Below, piece by piece: positions 17,201 to 26,582 of a stretch of DNA of 64,000 bases. This DNA is from Candidatus Thorarchaeota archaeon (GTDB lineage: Archaea > Asgardarchaeota > Thorarchaeia > Thorarchaeales > Thorarchaeaceae). The position numbers and the translations under genes are program-made. Location of the stretch: NCBI GenBank assembly GCA_048884965.1, contig JBHLQH010000006.1:32001-96000 (forward strand), read 5' to 3'. Below the pieces are notes generated by a model. That model saw only the letters and a list, made by a program, of their open reading frames with translations, made no database searches and was not told the DNA's origin. Numbering within the stretch: the first letter of the stretch is position 1; each line of letters starts with the position of its first letter.

Positions 17201-20067
17201 TTACTGAGAACTATGATGGATCAGACCGGATGCTAGTCACTTACAACATCAATCGATATTACTTCACTGAAATTGGCGGGGTTGAGTACGAGATGCCATA
17301 CGAGGGTGCGAATGCAAATTGGCACTCTGACCTTGCACAGACAGAATCTGACGGTGGCTTAGTCCCTGTTACAACTTCTGTGTTCTATAACGGAAATGCA
17401 TACCCCGTGTTCAATGTAAGCACTACTGATTATGTGAAGATCGGTGGATTGGTCTACGAACTTATCGAAACATATTCTACCTATCTAAAGGCGAATGATA
17501 CAGAAGTATGGAATCCCACACTTGTTGGCTACAGTGGACGAATTGGAACCTATGATGGCGATCTCGTCTTTACTGAAGTTGATACGGTTCTCTATGGACC
17601 CAATGACTATCCATACTACTATTCCGGAAATGCCGACTATATTGATTTGCTAAATGGATCCACATGGATCATGAATGAAACCTATGTCATGACAATCTTC
17701 GAATATGATCTTGATGGTAAGGCATTCTTCTCAACACAAGAATGGCCTGCGTACCATGAGATTGGTAATGACAGCTGGTATCAGTACATTGCATTGAATA
17801 AGACGAACTACATTTTCGAAGAGTGGTATCGACCGCCGGTCGTAGACACATTTGCCGTACCTGTCTTCTATAATTATACATCCTATGAGTATGAGTTCTC
17901 CTTTGACGGAACTGATTATTCGGTTCCGAGCAGTGAATTCGGTGGCCGTTACGTGCGTGCCTATTTGATTCATAATGCAAACTATTCAGCAGGAGATATC
18001 TACTTCTATTGGGAGAACTATGGCTCTTCAGTGAAACCCGTCTATGAATTCGAATATCATTCTACCATTGTACAGGCATCTGCCGCCAAAGAGATGGTCG
18101 AAAGAGTTCGACTTCGCTGGGGATATGCTCTTGTGAACGGTCTCAAGAAGATTGATGGCGCTGTTTACAGGAACTTCTATGACTTTGTCCTAGGCACTCC
18201 TCAGTGGGGAATGTGGGGAATCAAGAATTGGGCCATCAATGAAGACAACGGTGCTCTTGACCTAGACGGTAACTTGGACACGACCAATGATCAATACTAT
18301 ATCCAAGAGGAATACAACTCGAAAGATAGCTGGACACACGAGTACAGCAAGATGTGGGTCAACCTAATGTGGGATCCAAACACTACTCTCTATGGAGATG
18401 ACATGAATGTTTGGTCTTGGATGGGCCTCGATACCTACACTTGGTCATATGAATGGAACCAGACATTCTATTGGTACGACGCCAACGATTTCACACAACT
18501 AACCTCTGCCGAGATGCAAGCTGTCATTGACACATTGATCTCTCCTGAGGGAGATCCAATGCCCGGTTATTGGGACATCTCTTGGATGGCCCAAAATGTG
18601 ACCTGGCAGGACATACTCGATGATGCGATTGCGAATGGCTGGGATTGGATAACCTCCAATGAACAGACTTGGACTTGGCTTAGCTTCGGCATAAGCCAGA
18701 ACTATGGTACAAGTTACGTCGAGGAGGATGTCGATCACTGGCTAAGTATCGGAATGCACTATGAGTTCAGCGGTCTAATGGTTTGGGAAGATGAGAATGC
18801 TGATGGTTTGATGCAGGTCGACCTCATTAACCCTGGTACAGCAGAACTGTCTCATTACCTAATGCCTGACTCCGTCGACTCAGTGTCTTTCGTGACTCCT
18901 GGAGAAGCATATGGTCAGTTTAGCGATAGTGGCAACATGGTCCGAGATATCGAAGATGAGATCACATGGGGCGTAGAGTTCCATGATGTCAATGGTACAG
19001 TATTCCCATTCACCACCTATGGTTACTGGGGATGGTACGATGGAGTAGTCTCTGGTTCTGACCTCAGAACATTCGATGAGCGTCCAACTAAGATCACTAT
19101 CGACGAGCTATCTTTCCTGGTACACTTCCAAGGATATCTGAACACCACTGAAGGTGCTGTGAACAACTATGCAGAGATCAAGGTTGACAACTATGTTGGC
19201 AACTGGAATGTTGATATGACCGGAGGTCGCAGCAATCTGGAGAACAGGTCGCTTGCGTTGAACTACTTCGCAGATGTACAGATGAATGACTTTGCCTTCA
19301 AGGCTAATGGTAGCTTTGCTGATGGCGAATCAACTGTGGCTGCTGATGTTTTCGGCTTCGAAACAGCAGGCGCCCAATTTGCGGAGATGATTATGGGTGG
19401 CGTGACCTATGATTGGGGTAAGAACACTACTGCACCTTATGATGTAGTAAGCATGACTACTCCAGTAGGAACCTTCCGACAAGCATTCGAGTCCGAGAGC
19501 GGACAGAGCGCTGTTGGATGGTCATCCACTTCAAGCATGTTCTATGTCACAATTGGCTTCCCACAGTGGGAGGGCTACAGTGTGATGCAAGACCCAGTCT
19601 TTGTCAGCTATACCTCAAGTCGTGGTACTTCAGCTCCGATCGGAACTGTTACCTTTGGAACCTTTGCGATTTCGCCAACAGTACCAGAAGATGGTGAACC
19701 AGTTACAGTCAGTGTTGACATAGTGTCTCAGATGCCCATTGACCAGGTCTATCTCGAGTATTCGACAGACATGGCTTCGTGGGATGAGAATTCTATGTGG
19801 AATAGCGGTGGAAGCACCTATTCAGGTGAGATACCTGGCTATCCCGATAACACTATCGTGTACTTCAGAGTACAAGTTGAAACTGGCGGACAGTGGACAA
19901 CCTCCCAACTTGGTTCGTATCGAGTTGGACAAGGTATCATCACTACACCAACTGGTCCAACTCCACCAACTGGTGGTGGCGATATCCCAGTAGAGCTAAT
20001 AGTCATGGTCGCTGGTATCGCAGTCGTTCTCGTAATCGTCTTGATGCTTGTGAAGCGACGAAAATAG
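14206..20067 (+). CDS. Giant secreted, C-terminally anchored surface (S-layer-like) glycoprotein
   Basis: N-terminal signal peptide. W/Y/T/D/E-rich body, many NxS/T sequons, Pro/Thr/Gly linker, then TM helix + KRRK. Confidence 0.8.
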   Translation: MRLREKRRSFYSLVAVGIFLFSMIYSGMATPIPEAGTDSTVIYSYTQTLPAQSGGESGTWVNWEQDSDTTSDEWTWESKNWLFGPSPSFEIFHENGSPLTSESYAEINEIIDVVVTVPKDILQGADIGAVRFYGWYRTADWNFSAGFDFSYDNWEYTYQAWNAWSYQYNRTDEGGPPLPSFVDIIPTSCSNTTDTHNYYFTFAVRFTEYTPLGLYELNMNIEDSNHNYIGSYNFGSGYQFQGIAVGMDPDDAWSYSYGGSYTLQKLDMSGDLLYSVSRETDFKMRYNITGDNPEWAMLSFNMPGGMQVPVTRTGWHQMLQTSLGGWVFDESLQTYVWDAGVEVTTMVEVYGQYDSYEWTDIGLYSEVNVTQLREEWDGSTWVKYLENYTYWVEKKMFFLYNFTSGLFEEYFGYQYYGYPYDTILPDTWNEEITVFEPIPADFPIFYEMNIGASSAQTIGNEIVVDFVGHFTEIMPKTDQYSYFSFQTRVMGPDYEFYPDTYGERPRQTQQDFELARSITIESPVTIAKILNSDGTAPNGWMFQVDQEEEFRVRGRLQGGSAIADDIDGVSFYLEAYDSFWSEDYYRWSNLQFVIEIENDGTETLKAFNMTQMNNYTFGTYMDYVLMNQTGWYYSYNSTTNSWQWVYGEYQEWQWGEVEGWHWQDWYFNQITQKWQKEWIQYRSAETVVSANFGTVSSYTNWTDGGDFFATFLFTPSTNMPETNYWWDFAFMNRTWFEDYSTGWGEHEVLSWGEEWTHSFDYNTDRVYVDAIVDNQLGYEVVNGTASPTTPDTGEMLLGKERPYIMIDGVKYPIKIRENYDPWSGYTWETLYFYDHYDPATGQDVYYYELLNGTKVWVSSVETYYIYNVTTTTGDSFLTAMDYANSYNTGSTYEYFWIDIDGVVHHGDYSIYGTYNLAYFGFHDQVERTPNPTFKGFVLYGTGLTMLKIIDFWWNSATQQYYMTTEGGVLVPMKYNSATYRYEIYYGGSWQPCSWPQEFFTENYDGSDRMLVTYNINRYYFTEIGGVEYEMPYEGANANWHSDLAQTESDGGLVPVTTSVFYNGNAYPVFNVSTTDYVKIGGLVYELIETYSTYLKANDTEVWNPTLVGYSGRIGTYDGDLVFTEVDTVLYGPNDYPYYYSGNADYIDLLNGSTWIMNETYVMTIFEYDLDGKAFFSTQEWPAYHEIGNDSWYQYIALNKTNYIFEEWYRPPVVDTFAVPVFYNYTSYEYEFSFDGTDYSVPSSEFGGRYVRAYLIHNANYSAGDIYFYWENYGSSVKPVYEFEYHSTIVQASAAKEMVERVRLRWGYALVNGLKKIDGAVYRNFYDFVLGTPQWGMWGIKNWAINEDNGALDLDGNLDTTNDQYYIQEEYNSKDSWTHEYSKMWVNLMWDPNTTLYGDDMNVWSWMGLDTYTWSYEWNQTFYWYDANDFTQLTSAEMQAVIDTLISPEGDPMPGYWDISWMAQNVTWQDILDDAIANGWDWITSNEQTWTWLSFGISQNYGTSYVEEDVDHWLSIGMHYEFSGLMVWEDENADGLMQVDLINPGTAELSHYLMPDSVDSVSFVTPGEAYGQFSDSGNMVRDIEDEITWGVEFHDVNGTVFPFTTYGYWGWYDGVVSGSDLRTFDERPTKITIDELSFLVHFQGYLNTTEGAVNNYAEIKVDNYVGNWNVDMTGGRSNLENRSLALNYFADVQMNDFAFKANGSFADGESTVAADVFGFETAGAQFAEMIMGGVTYDWGKNTTAPYDVVSMTTPVGTFRQAFESESGQSAVGWSSTSSMFYVTIGFPQWEGYSVMQDPVFVSYTSSRGTSAPIGTVTFGTFAISPTVPEDGEPVTVSVDIVSQMPIDQVYLEYSTDMASWDENSMWNSGGSTYSGEIPGYPDNTIVYFRVQVETGGQWTTSQLGSYRVGQGIITTPTGPTPPTGGGDIPVELIVMVAGIAVVLVIVLMLVKRRK

Positions 20068-20073
20068 TATAGT

Positions 20074-20107
20074 GAGGGGGTTTTCCCCCTCTACTCCTTT
20101 TCTTTTT
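20074..20107 (+). terminator. Intrinsic terminator
   Basis: GAGGGGG-TTTT-CCCCCTC followed by T-rich tract. Confidence 0.75.
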
Positions 20108-20173
20108 AATTCTTGAAAAATGGTTCAGAACTATCATTGCTATTTCTATATGAAATCTCTTCGATATAGAAGA

Positions 20174-20578
20174 TTATTCCTTGAGAATCAATGGTTTCAT
20201 CTTTGAATAGAAGAATTCTAATCCTGCGATATGAGCTTCATAGATGCTATTGAAGGCATCATACGATATGCCTATGACGGGAAGCGCGTTTCGTAAAATG
20301 ATACAGTCCTTCTTGTCTAATCCAAAGGAAATCTCGACTAACTTCGCATTAGCTTTCAGGAGCTGCTCATAGGCTATTCTCTTCTGCTTTGCAGAAAGAC
20401 CATCAAGAGACATCAATCGTGTCGTGAGAGTTATCCAATTCTCTCCAGGGAATACTTCGATCTCCTCAGTCTTTGGAGGGCCATAGGGGGTCAAACTGAA
20501 TGTCTTTCTTCCTTTCTCTTCAAATGTGATCTCAAGTCTCTTAAGATACTCTTTCGTGATGTACCAAGTGGTACTCAT
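20174..20578 (-). CDS. YbjN/CesT-like chaperone-fold protein
   Basis: YEQLLKANAKL..SFGLDK pattern typical of YbjN/type III chaperone-fold proteins. Confidence 0.55.
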   Translation of the reverse strand: MSTTWYITKEYLKRLEITFEEKGRKTFSLTPYGPPKTEEIEVFPGENWITLTTRLMSLDGLSAKQKRIAYEQLLKANAKLVEISFGLDKKDCIILRNALPVIGISYDAFNSIYEAHIAGLEFFYSKMKPLILKE

Positions 20579-20724
20579 TCTGTCGTTTGCTCCTTAAGCA
20601 AGTCATAGGCTAATTATCAATGAACCTATTTCACTCTCTCGGTATAATAATATAACAAAAGCTAGTAAAAGTCTTCGTTTTCATATGAATTCCTGAAAAA
20701 GTATAGCTTCAGCTTCTCACGTCA

Positions 20725-21228
20725 TTACTCAAGTTGAACTCTACGTAGTTTTCCGACTTCCATGGGATCTTCATCTTGGTATTTACCATGCTGGTCACGA
20801 ATGACCAAGAGACCATCTTCATTGAAGCCCTCGATATATGATCCTTCGTGCACTCCCCATGCTCCGGCATCGGTATTCTCACGGACATACTTGAATGATT
20901 GGATTGCCCACTCGTTCAAATCTTCGGGTGATTTAGCTTCAGATGGTGCGGTATCTATCAGTCCGATCCAATCATATCGCACAACGCAATAATAGGGGTC
21001 CCCACTTAGTCTATCAGTTGATTGATCCATTGTTGTTCCTTCCCAACGAAAGACTACTGTGACGACTAGCCACTTTCCAATTTCCTGAGAGTTAGGCGCA
21101 CCGACAGGAGAACCATCTGGTCTAAAGCTACCAAAATCGGTATAATCGCTAAGCCAAGGAAGTTCCGCATGACTTTCTATTCTGCTCTCAAGTTCTTTCA
21201 TGAGTGCATCGGTCTTCATCTCTACCAT
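20725..21228 (-). CDS. Hypothetical acidic protein
   Basis: 167-aa ORF with GGAG upstream. No recognised motif. Confidence 0.6.
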   Translation of the reverse strand: MVEMKTDALMKELESRIESHAELPWLSDYTDFGSFRPDGSPVGAPNSQEIGKWLVVTVVFRWEGTTMDQSTDRLSGDPYYCVVRYDWIGLIDTAPSEAKSPEDLNEWAIQSFKYVRENTDAGAWGVHEGSYIEGFNEDGLLVIRDQHGKYQDEDPMEVGKLRRVQLE

Positions 21229-21327
21229 TTCTCCAGCTGGTCATGTATCCTGCATACCTGCTTATAGTTTGTATTATCCATTGCCATTTCCGATCGGCTG
21301 ACATTTCCCTATCAAAGAATACAATAC

Positions 21328-21789
21328 TTAGTTTAATTCCAATTCCTCAAGCGCCTGCTTCAAGTAATCCTTTGTTTCTTGGACAAATATGCGTTGGAAT
21401 AGCTCTTCCTTTGCTACAAACTCAACTCTATCGATTTCTTCATCATTTGGTACTAGGTCATCGAATGTTCCTATGTATTCTACGAAGAACACTGTTGTTT
21501 CCTGCCTTTCGAATCCAGTCTTCTCTCTTATGTCCGAAGGGAATCTGAAGCAGAGCTTATCTTCCAGTTCCCTAATTATCCTAAATTTCTGTGAACCTGT
21601 TTCTTCTTTGAGCTCTCTCTTTATTGCTTCGAGATTCGATTCATCGTTATCCTTGATTTCCCCTCCTGGAATATACCATGCAAGTGGAACATCTACTGGT
21701 CCATTAGGTAAGTTCATCACCTTCACCTTGCCTACGAGGAGGTATTTGCTCTCTTTGTAGACTATTGCTCCGACTGCTTTCCTAATCAT
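21328..21789 (-). CDS. NUDIX hydrolase
   Basis: Nudix box GGEIKDNDESNLEAIKRELKEETG. Confidence 0.92.
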   Translation of the reverse strand: MIRKAVGAIVYKESKYLLVGKVKVMNLPNGPVDVPLAWYIPGGEIKDNDESNLEAIKRELKEETGSQKFRIIRELEDKLCFRFPSDIREKTGFERQETTVFFVEYIGTFDDLVPNDEEIDRVEFVAKEELFQRIFVQETKDYLKQALEELELN

Positions 21790-21928
21790 AAATCTCTCTT
21801 CTCCAACTCCTCAGTAACTGACACTCAGATGAATTATTCTCTGATATTGAATGCCATAAACAAGCATTGTAGGAAAATCCAGAGGCAAAAAAGAGGAGGA
21901 ATTACTACGATTCCTCCATTCGCTATAG

Positions 21929-23755
21929 TTAGATCAGCATACCAGCTGTCATGATCCAAACAACGAGTAATGTGGCCATTATTGACCCTAAGTATATCCT
22001 CCCTGTTTGCTGATAGAATGCTGTCATCAAGAAGAACAAACCTGCAAACAAAGGAAGATATGCCATGAGGAAGATACCATAGAGACCCATATTCAGTATC
22101 GGTCCAGTTCCCAACAGGAACATGGGGAGATAGTTCACAAGGATCATCAGTAGCAGTACAGACTCCATTGCAATTACGATCTTGGCCCACCAAATCAATA
22201 GTGTCTTCAATTGTGACTCATATTCTGGTTGACGAATCATTCCATAGGCGAATACACCTCCGTTAATGAGAAAGAACGGGAATACCGGAATGATGTTCAC
22301 AAGAAATTGCATGAACTTCTCTGGTGTGAATCCTTTGAACACAGGCCACATGTACCTCAACTCTATATTCCAGAAGAATTGGGTCGACACCGCCACTAGG
22401 TATAGATACGTGAAAAGAAAGACCGACAGCAAAATTGAGCGGAAGATCACATCCCAATTCTCGGGATCTCTGATACTCTTAAATCTGCCAACATCTTCGT
22501 ATGTTATGCCACCTTCTCCCTGAGAGTTCTTCTTGAACCATGATCTGAAGAAGATATACCCGATCAAAGCGTTGACCAAGAACCACACGATAAGTCCGTT
22601 TCCTGTTACCAAGAGGAAAACAGGTAGAACTGATGCAAGGACAGCTCCTCCAAACAATCCAAGCATTGGTAGAAATAGAAAGGTGACTCCTCCTATCACC
22701 GCATTGAGTAAAGCGAACATCCACCACTGTTTCCCTGTAGTAGGTATTCTTTGAGGAAGTGGTCTAACGATTTTGCTAAAGTAAGGGATCTCCAAGAGAA
22801 TACTAGCAAGTGGGATCAATGAAAGAAATGACACAATTAGTGCAAACAGTGTAGCACCTTCTCTAATCATGTATGTTTGCGTTTCAATTCCTGAGATTTC
22901 CCAAGCTGCTGACTCAGTATATCCTGCTAGGGCTTGGAGCATCCATGCTGTGGTTTCAGCAACTCCCTTCTGATTCCAAGTTGCACCTGGATGTGTACAG
23001 GGGCATTGAGCATATCTATGGGCCGATCCATTCGCAAAATTACCATAGGTGTAGTCAACTTGAGATACTTCTGGACCTGATAGTCCTTCATTCTGCGCAA
23101 TCATCGCTAGGCTATCTGCAAGGAAATCCGCACGTGTTTGGCTAGTAAATAGTTCCTCATAGAATGACCAGACTGCAAGGTAGTTGTTCATGTAGTTGTT
23201 CTCAGTCAAGTTGTAGGGACCATCTGCCTGAATTGCAATGGCTCTATGATCTGGGTTCATCGCAGCTATTGCACTTGCAGTACCGGCACCCATTGAGTGA
23301 CCTACAAGTCCTAGTTGTGTGGCATCGACAAACGAGAGAGTCTTTAGCCACAGATAAGCCGCGTTCCCTCCAAGTGTAGCGGCTCCCATCCCGGTTAGAG
23401 CTTCTAGGAAGTTAATGACACGGTCAGAATCCCCATGGCTAAGCTCATCCAGAGCTAATGCTACGATTCCTCTTTTCGCTAGCTCAAGAGCTGCTGGTCC
23501 CTCGGTGTCCTTGTCATTATTCATTCCATGAAGAAGCAGGACTGCTGGAGCCGGATTATCCTCTGTAGCTGTCAGCGGTCGATATAACTTGCCTGTAACA
23601 ACTAGTCCATTCTCTTCAATTATTCTGATATTGTCTACATCTATTGTTCCAAAATTGATTTGTATAGCAAAGCCTACAAATGCGGACGAACCAATTAGAA
23701 TCAGACAAAGAAGAAAGAGTTGTCTTTTCTTATCTAGTCCCTTTATCCGTTGCAT
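21929..23755 (-). CDS. Membrane-integral alpha/beta hydrolase
   Basis: N-terminal TM, LLHG oxyanion motif, GHSMG nucleophile elbow, ~8 C-terminal TM segments. Confidence 0.85.
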   Translation of the reverse strand: MQRIKGLDKKRQLFLLCLILIGSSAFVGFAIQINFGTIDVDNIRIIEENGLVVTGKLYRPLTATEDNPAPAVLLLHGMNNDKDTEGPAALELAKRGIVALALDELSHGDSDRVINFLEALTGMGAATLGGNAAYLWLKTLSFVDATQLGLVGHSMGAGTASAIAAMNPDHRAIAIQADGPYNLTENNYMNNYLAVWSFYEELFTSQTRADFLADSLAMIAQNEGLSGPEVSQVDYTYGNFANGSAHRYAQCPCTHPGATWNQKGVAETTAWMLQALAGYTESAAWEISGIETQTYMIREGATLFALIVSFLSLIPLASILLEIPYFSKIVRPLPQRIPTTGKQWWMFALLNAVIGGVTFLFLPMLGLFGGAVLASVLPVFLLVTGNGLIVWFLVNALIGYIFFRSWFKKNSQGEGGITYEDVGRFKSIRDPENWDVIFRSILLSVFLFTYLYLVAVSTQFFWNIELRYMWPVFKGFTPEKFMQFLVNIIPVFPFFLINGGVFAYGMIRQPEYESQLKTLLIWWAKIVIAMESVLLLMILVNYLPMFLLGTGPILNMGLYGIFLMAYLPLFAGLFFLMTAFYQQTGRIYLGSIMATLLVVWIMTAGMLI

Positions 23756-23838
23756 GATTCTCTTCTCCTATATAGAGCCTTGAAACGGATTCATACAAAC
23801 AGCAATCCACGAGAATAATCTTCCGATTCAAAGAAGAC

Positions 23839-24633
23839 TCATTCCAACCAGAAATGCGTTTGATACACATCAGGATCAGTAAATCCTAGCTTGGTTGCCA
23901 GCTTTGCTGAAGGCGGATTGTCAGCATCCCAATGAGGAACAAGTCCCATCTCTAGACTGTGTTTGATCAGTTTTGCTGCCGGTATCATTGCTAGTCCTCT
24001 CTTCTGGTACTCGGGATCGGTTTCTATGTGGATTTCGAAGTTACCCTCTTCAAATGGTGTTGCAGCCAAAGTCAAGGATATTATTCTATCATCTTTCCTT
24101 AGACAATATCCAAAATTCGTCTTCATGAAGCTATCTAGATCTGGAAATAGTAGTTTGACGATTCCTTTGGCTTGCTGTGAAATAAGATGGATCGTGTCCC
24201 GGGTTAATGGTTCCAAATGCATGCTCTCAGGTATTTCTTCTAAAATATTGTTCATATGCTCGATGGTAAGATTCTTGGAAGAGAACTTTGTTCTTTCTCT
24301 TGATTTGAGTTTCTCTCCCCAATGTTCCTTCATCTTAGCAGTCCATGTATCATCAGGTACAACCAACAGGAATCTTTGAGGCACACGTTCTAATAATTCA
24401 GGTACCAATGGATAATTTGCATCTCCGGTAACAAAGATTAGAAATTTATAGCTCAGCATCGCGACCTTTGGCTCATCCAAGTCATCTACATACACAACTC
24501 CTAATCTCTGTCTAAGAAGCGATTTCGAAAGAAGGCCAAGGTACTGATTTCCTTCAAAGAGCGCAATGAGATTCGGGTGCTTATCTGAGGGTATCTCAAT
24601 GATCATCGTATCTACCAGCATCAGTTTAGTCAT
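23839..24633 (-). CDS. GNAT-family acetyltransferase
   Basis: IETDPEYQKRGLA acetyl-CoA motif, WDADNPPSAKLATKLGF. Confidence 0.88.
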   Translation of the reverse strand: MTKLMLVDTMIIEIPSDKHPNLIALFEGNQYLGLLSKSLLRQRLGVVYVDDLDEPKVAMLSYKFLIFVTGDANYPLVPELLERVPQRFLLVVPDDTWTAKMKEHWGEKLKSRERTKFSSKNLTIEHMNNILEEIPESMHLEPLTRDTIHLISQQAKGIVKLLFPDLDSFMKTNFGYCLRKDDRIISLTLAATPFEEGNFEIHIETDPEYQKRGLAMIPAAKLIKHSLEMGLVPHWDADNPPSAKLATKLGFTDPDVYQTHFWLE

Positions 24634-24648
24634 TTAATGATATATGAA

Positions 24649-25113
24649 TTAGATTGAGCTAGCAATGGTTCTCCATGCAGTACCGTCTTCAAGTGAATGA
24701 TATGCAATGTATGATAAACAGATACCGATGCTTGAGTATGTCGTGATGACTATCGACGATATTAAGCCACTTGCGTGTATTGAAGCTTCCCCAAAGATGT
24801 AGAATGTTGATAGATACGTGGTTATGGTGATTACAAGATATCCAAATAGGATTGCGATCAGATTAGAATATGCAAAGCGATGTAGTAGATATCCAAGTGT
24901 GTTCGATTTGTCTACCATATTGATGATGAGGAATATCTCTCCGAAGGACACGAGCAGACCGATTAGAACACATATTCCTGCAAGTGATTGAATGAAGTGG
25001 TTTCCGGATGCTCCTAGAATTAGAAGTATGATACTAATTGAGAGAATCAAACTGCATACAATTGCATACCCTTTTCGAACCGCTGCATTCTCCAGTATCT
25101 TGTTAAATCGCAT
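24649..25113 (-). CDS. Hypothetical 4-TM membrane protein
   Basis: Four hydrophobic segments. 5 nt from upstream esterase gene. Confidence 0.65.
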   Translation of the reverse strand: MRFNKILENAAVRKGYAIVCSLILSISIILLILGASGNHFIQSLAGICVLIGLLVSFGEIFLIINMVDKSNTLGYLLHRFAYSNLIAILFGYLVITITTYLSTFYIFGEASIHASGLISSIVITTYSSIGICLSYIAYHSLEDGTAWRTIASSI

Positions 25114-25118
25114 CTATG

Positions 25119-26420
25119 TCAACCTCCTATCAACTCCAAAGCGATGAAACGTTCAACGTAATATGTTGATAGTTGTCCACCAAACCCAGAAAAATCATAG
25201 TCAAAACCATGTCCAGCATTTGGAATAGTTATGAAAAGGCATTTCCTTCCCAAACTAGATGCGAGATTATAAAATCCCAATCCTTGAATCGAATATGTAG
25301 CCAGACCATCTTTACTCCCATGAAGGATCAAGATTGGCGGAACAATCGTGCTGTTGGTGATTAGATTCGCTGCGAAGAGTTTCTTGTATTGCTCTTCAAT
25401 AGGTAGGTTTCCTTCAACAAATGAATCGAATGATCCTGCATCGTCACGAGTGATATTGGTCACAGGATAGAACCAGACACCTCCCCTTACAGTCATTCCT
25501 GATGAGAAGTTCCCTTCAAATAACGGGTTCTTGTATCCGAGAGTGACGAGTGATGCTAGATTCCCACCAGCTGATCTACCGATGATGAAAACATTGTCAA
25601 TATCTGCTTTGAACTTCGTACTATTAAGCTCCATCATCTTAGTGAAGTAACCAACGTTCTCTATCTGATCTTGGATATTATAGCTTCTATTGTAGTTTGG
25701 CAGTAGTCCTCCACCCATCGTAGCAAAAGCTGCAAAAGTGTTGAATTGATCATTTGGCAGTGTTGATAGGTCAAAGAGACCATATTGGATGTCAAAGACA
25801 ACGAACCCCTTTGACGCGAAATAATGATTGAACAACGGGATATTCATTGGTCCCTTGTTTCCAATGACCCATGCGCCTCCATGAATCGCGATGATAACTG
25901 GAAACGGTCCTTCACCAGCTGGACAGTACCAGTCAAAGAACATCTTGTCTTGGCCATTGTCAAGGTATTCAATATCATACTCTACTGAATATCCGGTTTG
26001 GTCGATCGTTATTCCAAGGAGATCATCGTAGAGCGAGTACGGTACTGGTCTCATTGCCGATGTATCTAAATCGCTATAGAGAGAACCATATGTGTTTAGC
26101 ATTTGGTTCTCGGCCTCAGCTATTCCAAAGGGAATGGTTGCGTAAGGCAATGCAGTGCCAATGAAGATGAAGGTACAAATCCCAACAACAAGAAGCATCT
26201 CTCGCTGCCTTCTAAGAAATGAGAAACGAATGACTATGAAACCGCTAGTAAGTACTAGAATGAATAGCATTGGAGCAATACTCGGATAGAATATTGCTAA
26301 TAGCCATCCAATCGTTGATGCGTCCATGAACAGATACAGGAATGTAATAAGTGAGAATGTCCCTATGCAGATATAGCATAGAAGCAAAAGGATGTATCTA
26401 AGTAACTTCTTTCTCGTCAA
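25119..26420 (-). CDS. Membrane-anchored alpha/beta hydrolase (HSL-like esterase)
   Basis: Three N-terminal TMs, HGGAW, GRSAGG, HGSKD, AGHGF catalytic motifs. Confidence 0.88.
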   Translation of the reverse strand: MTRKKLLRYILLLLCYICIGTFSLITFLYLFMDASTIGWLLAIFYPSIAPMLFILVLTSGFIVIRFSFLRRQREMLLVVGICTFIFIGTALPYATIPFGIAEAENQMLNTYGSLYSDLDTSAMRPVPYSLYDDLLGITIDQTGYSVEYDIEYLDNGQDKMFFDWYCPAGEGPFPVIIAIHGGAWVIGNKGPMNIPLFNHYFASKGFVVFDIQYGLFDLSTLPNDQFNTFAAFATMGGGLLPNYNRSYNIQDQIENVGYFTKMMELNSTKFKADIDNVFIIGRSAGGNLASLVTLGYKNPLFEGNFSSGMTVRGGVWFYPVTNITRDDAGSFDSFVEGNLPIEEQYKKLFAANLITNSTIVPPILILHGSKDGLATYSIQGLGFYNLASSLGRKCLFITIPNAGHGFDYDFSGFGGQLSTYYVERFIALELIGG

Positions 26421-26582
26421 TTTAGAGGCACCTCAGAACCAATTGAGTAATCCCTTATTTCTCATCTTTTCTCTCTCTTTATTTCTGTTCTGTAGACTCC
26501 CGCCAGATAGTTACTGATGTCCAATTGCCACAATGATTAATATCAAAGTATAGCTTTGTGTACCATCGTAAGGTGGTATCTC

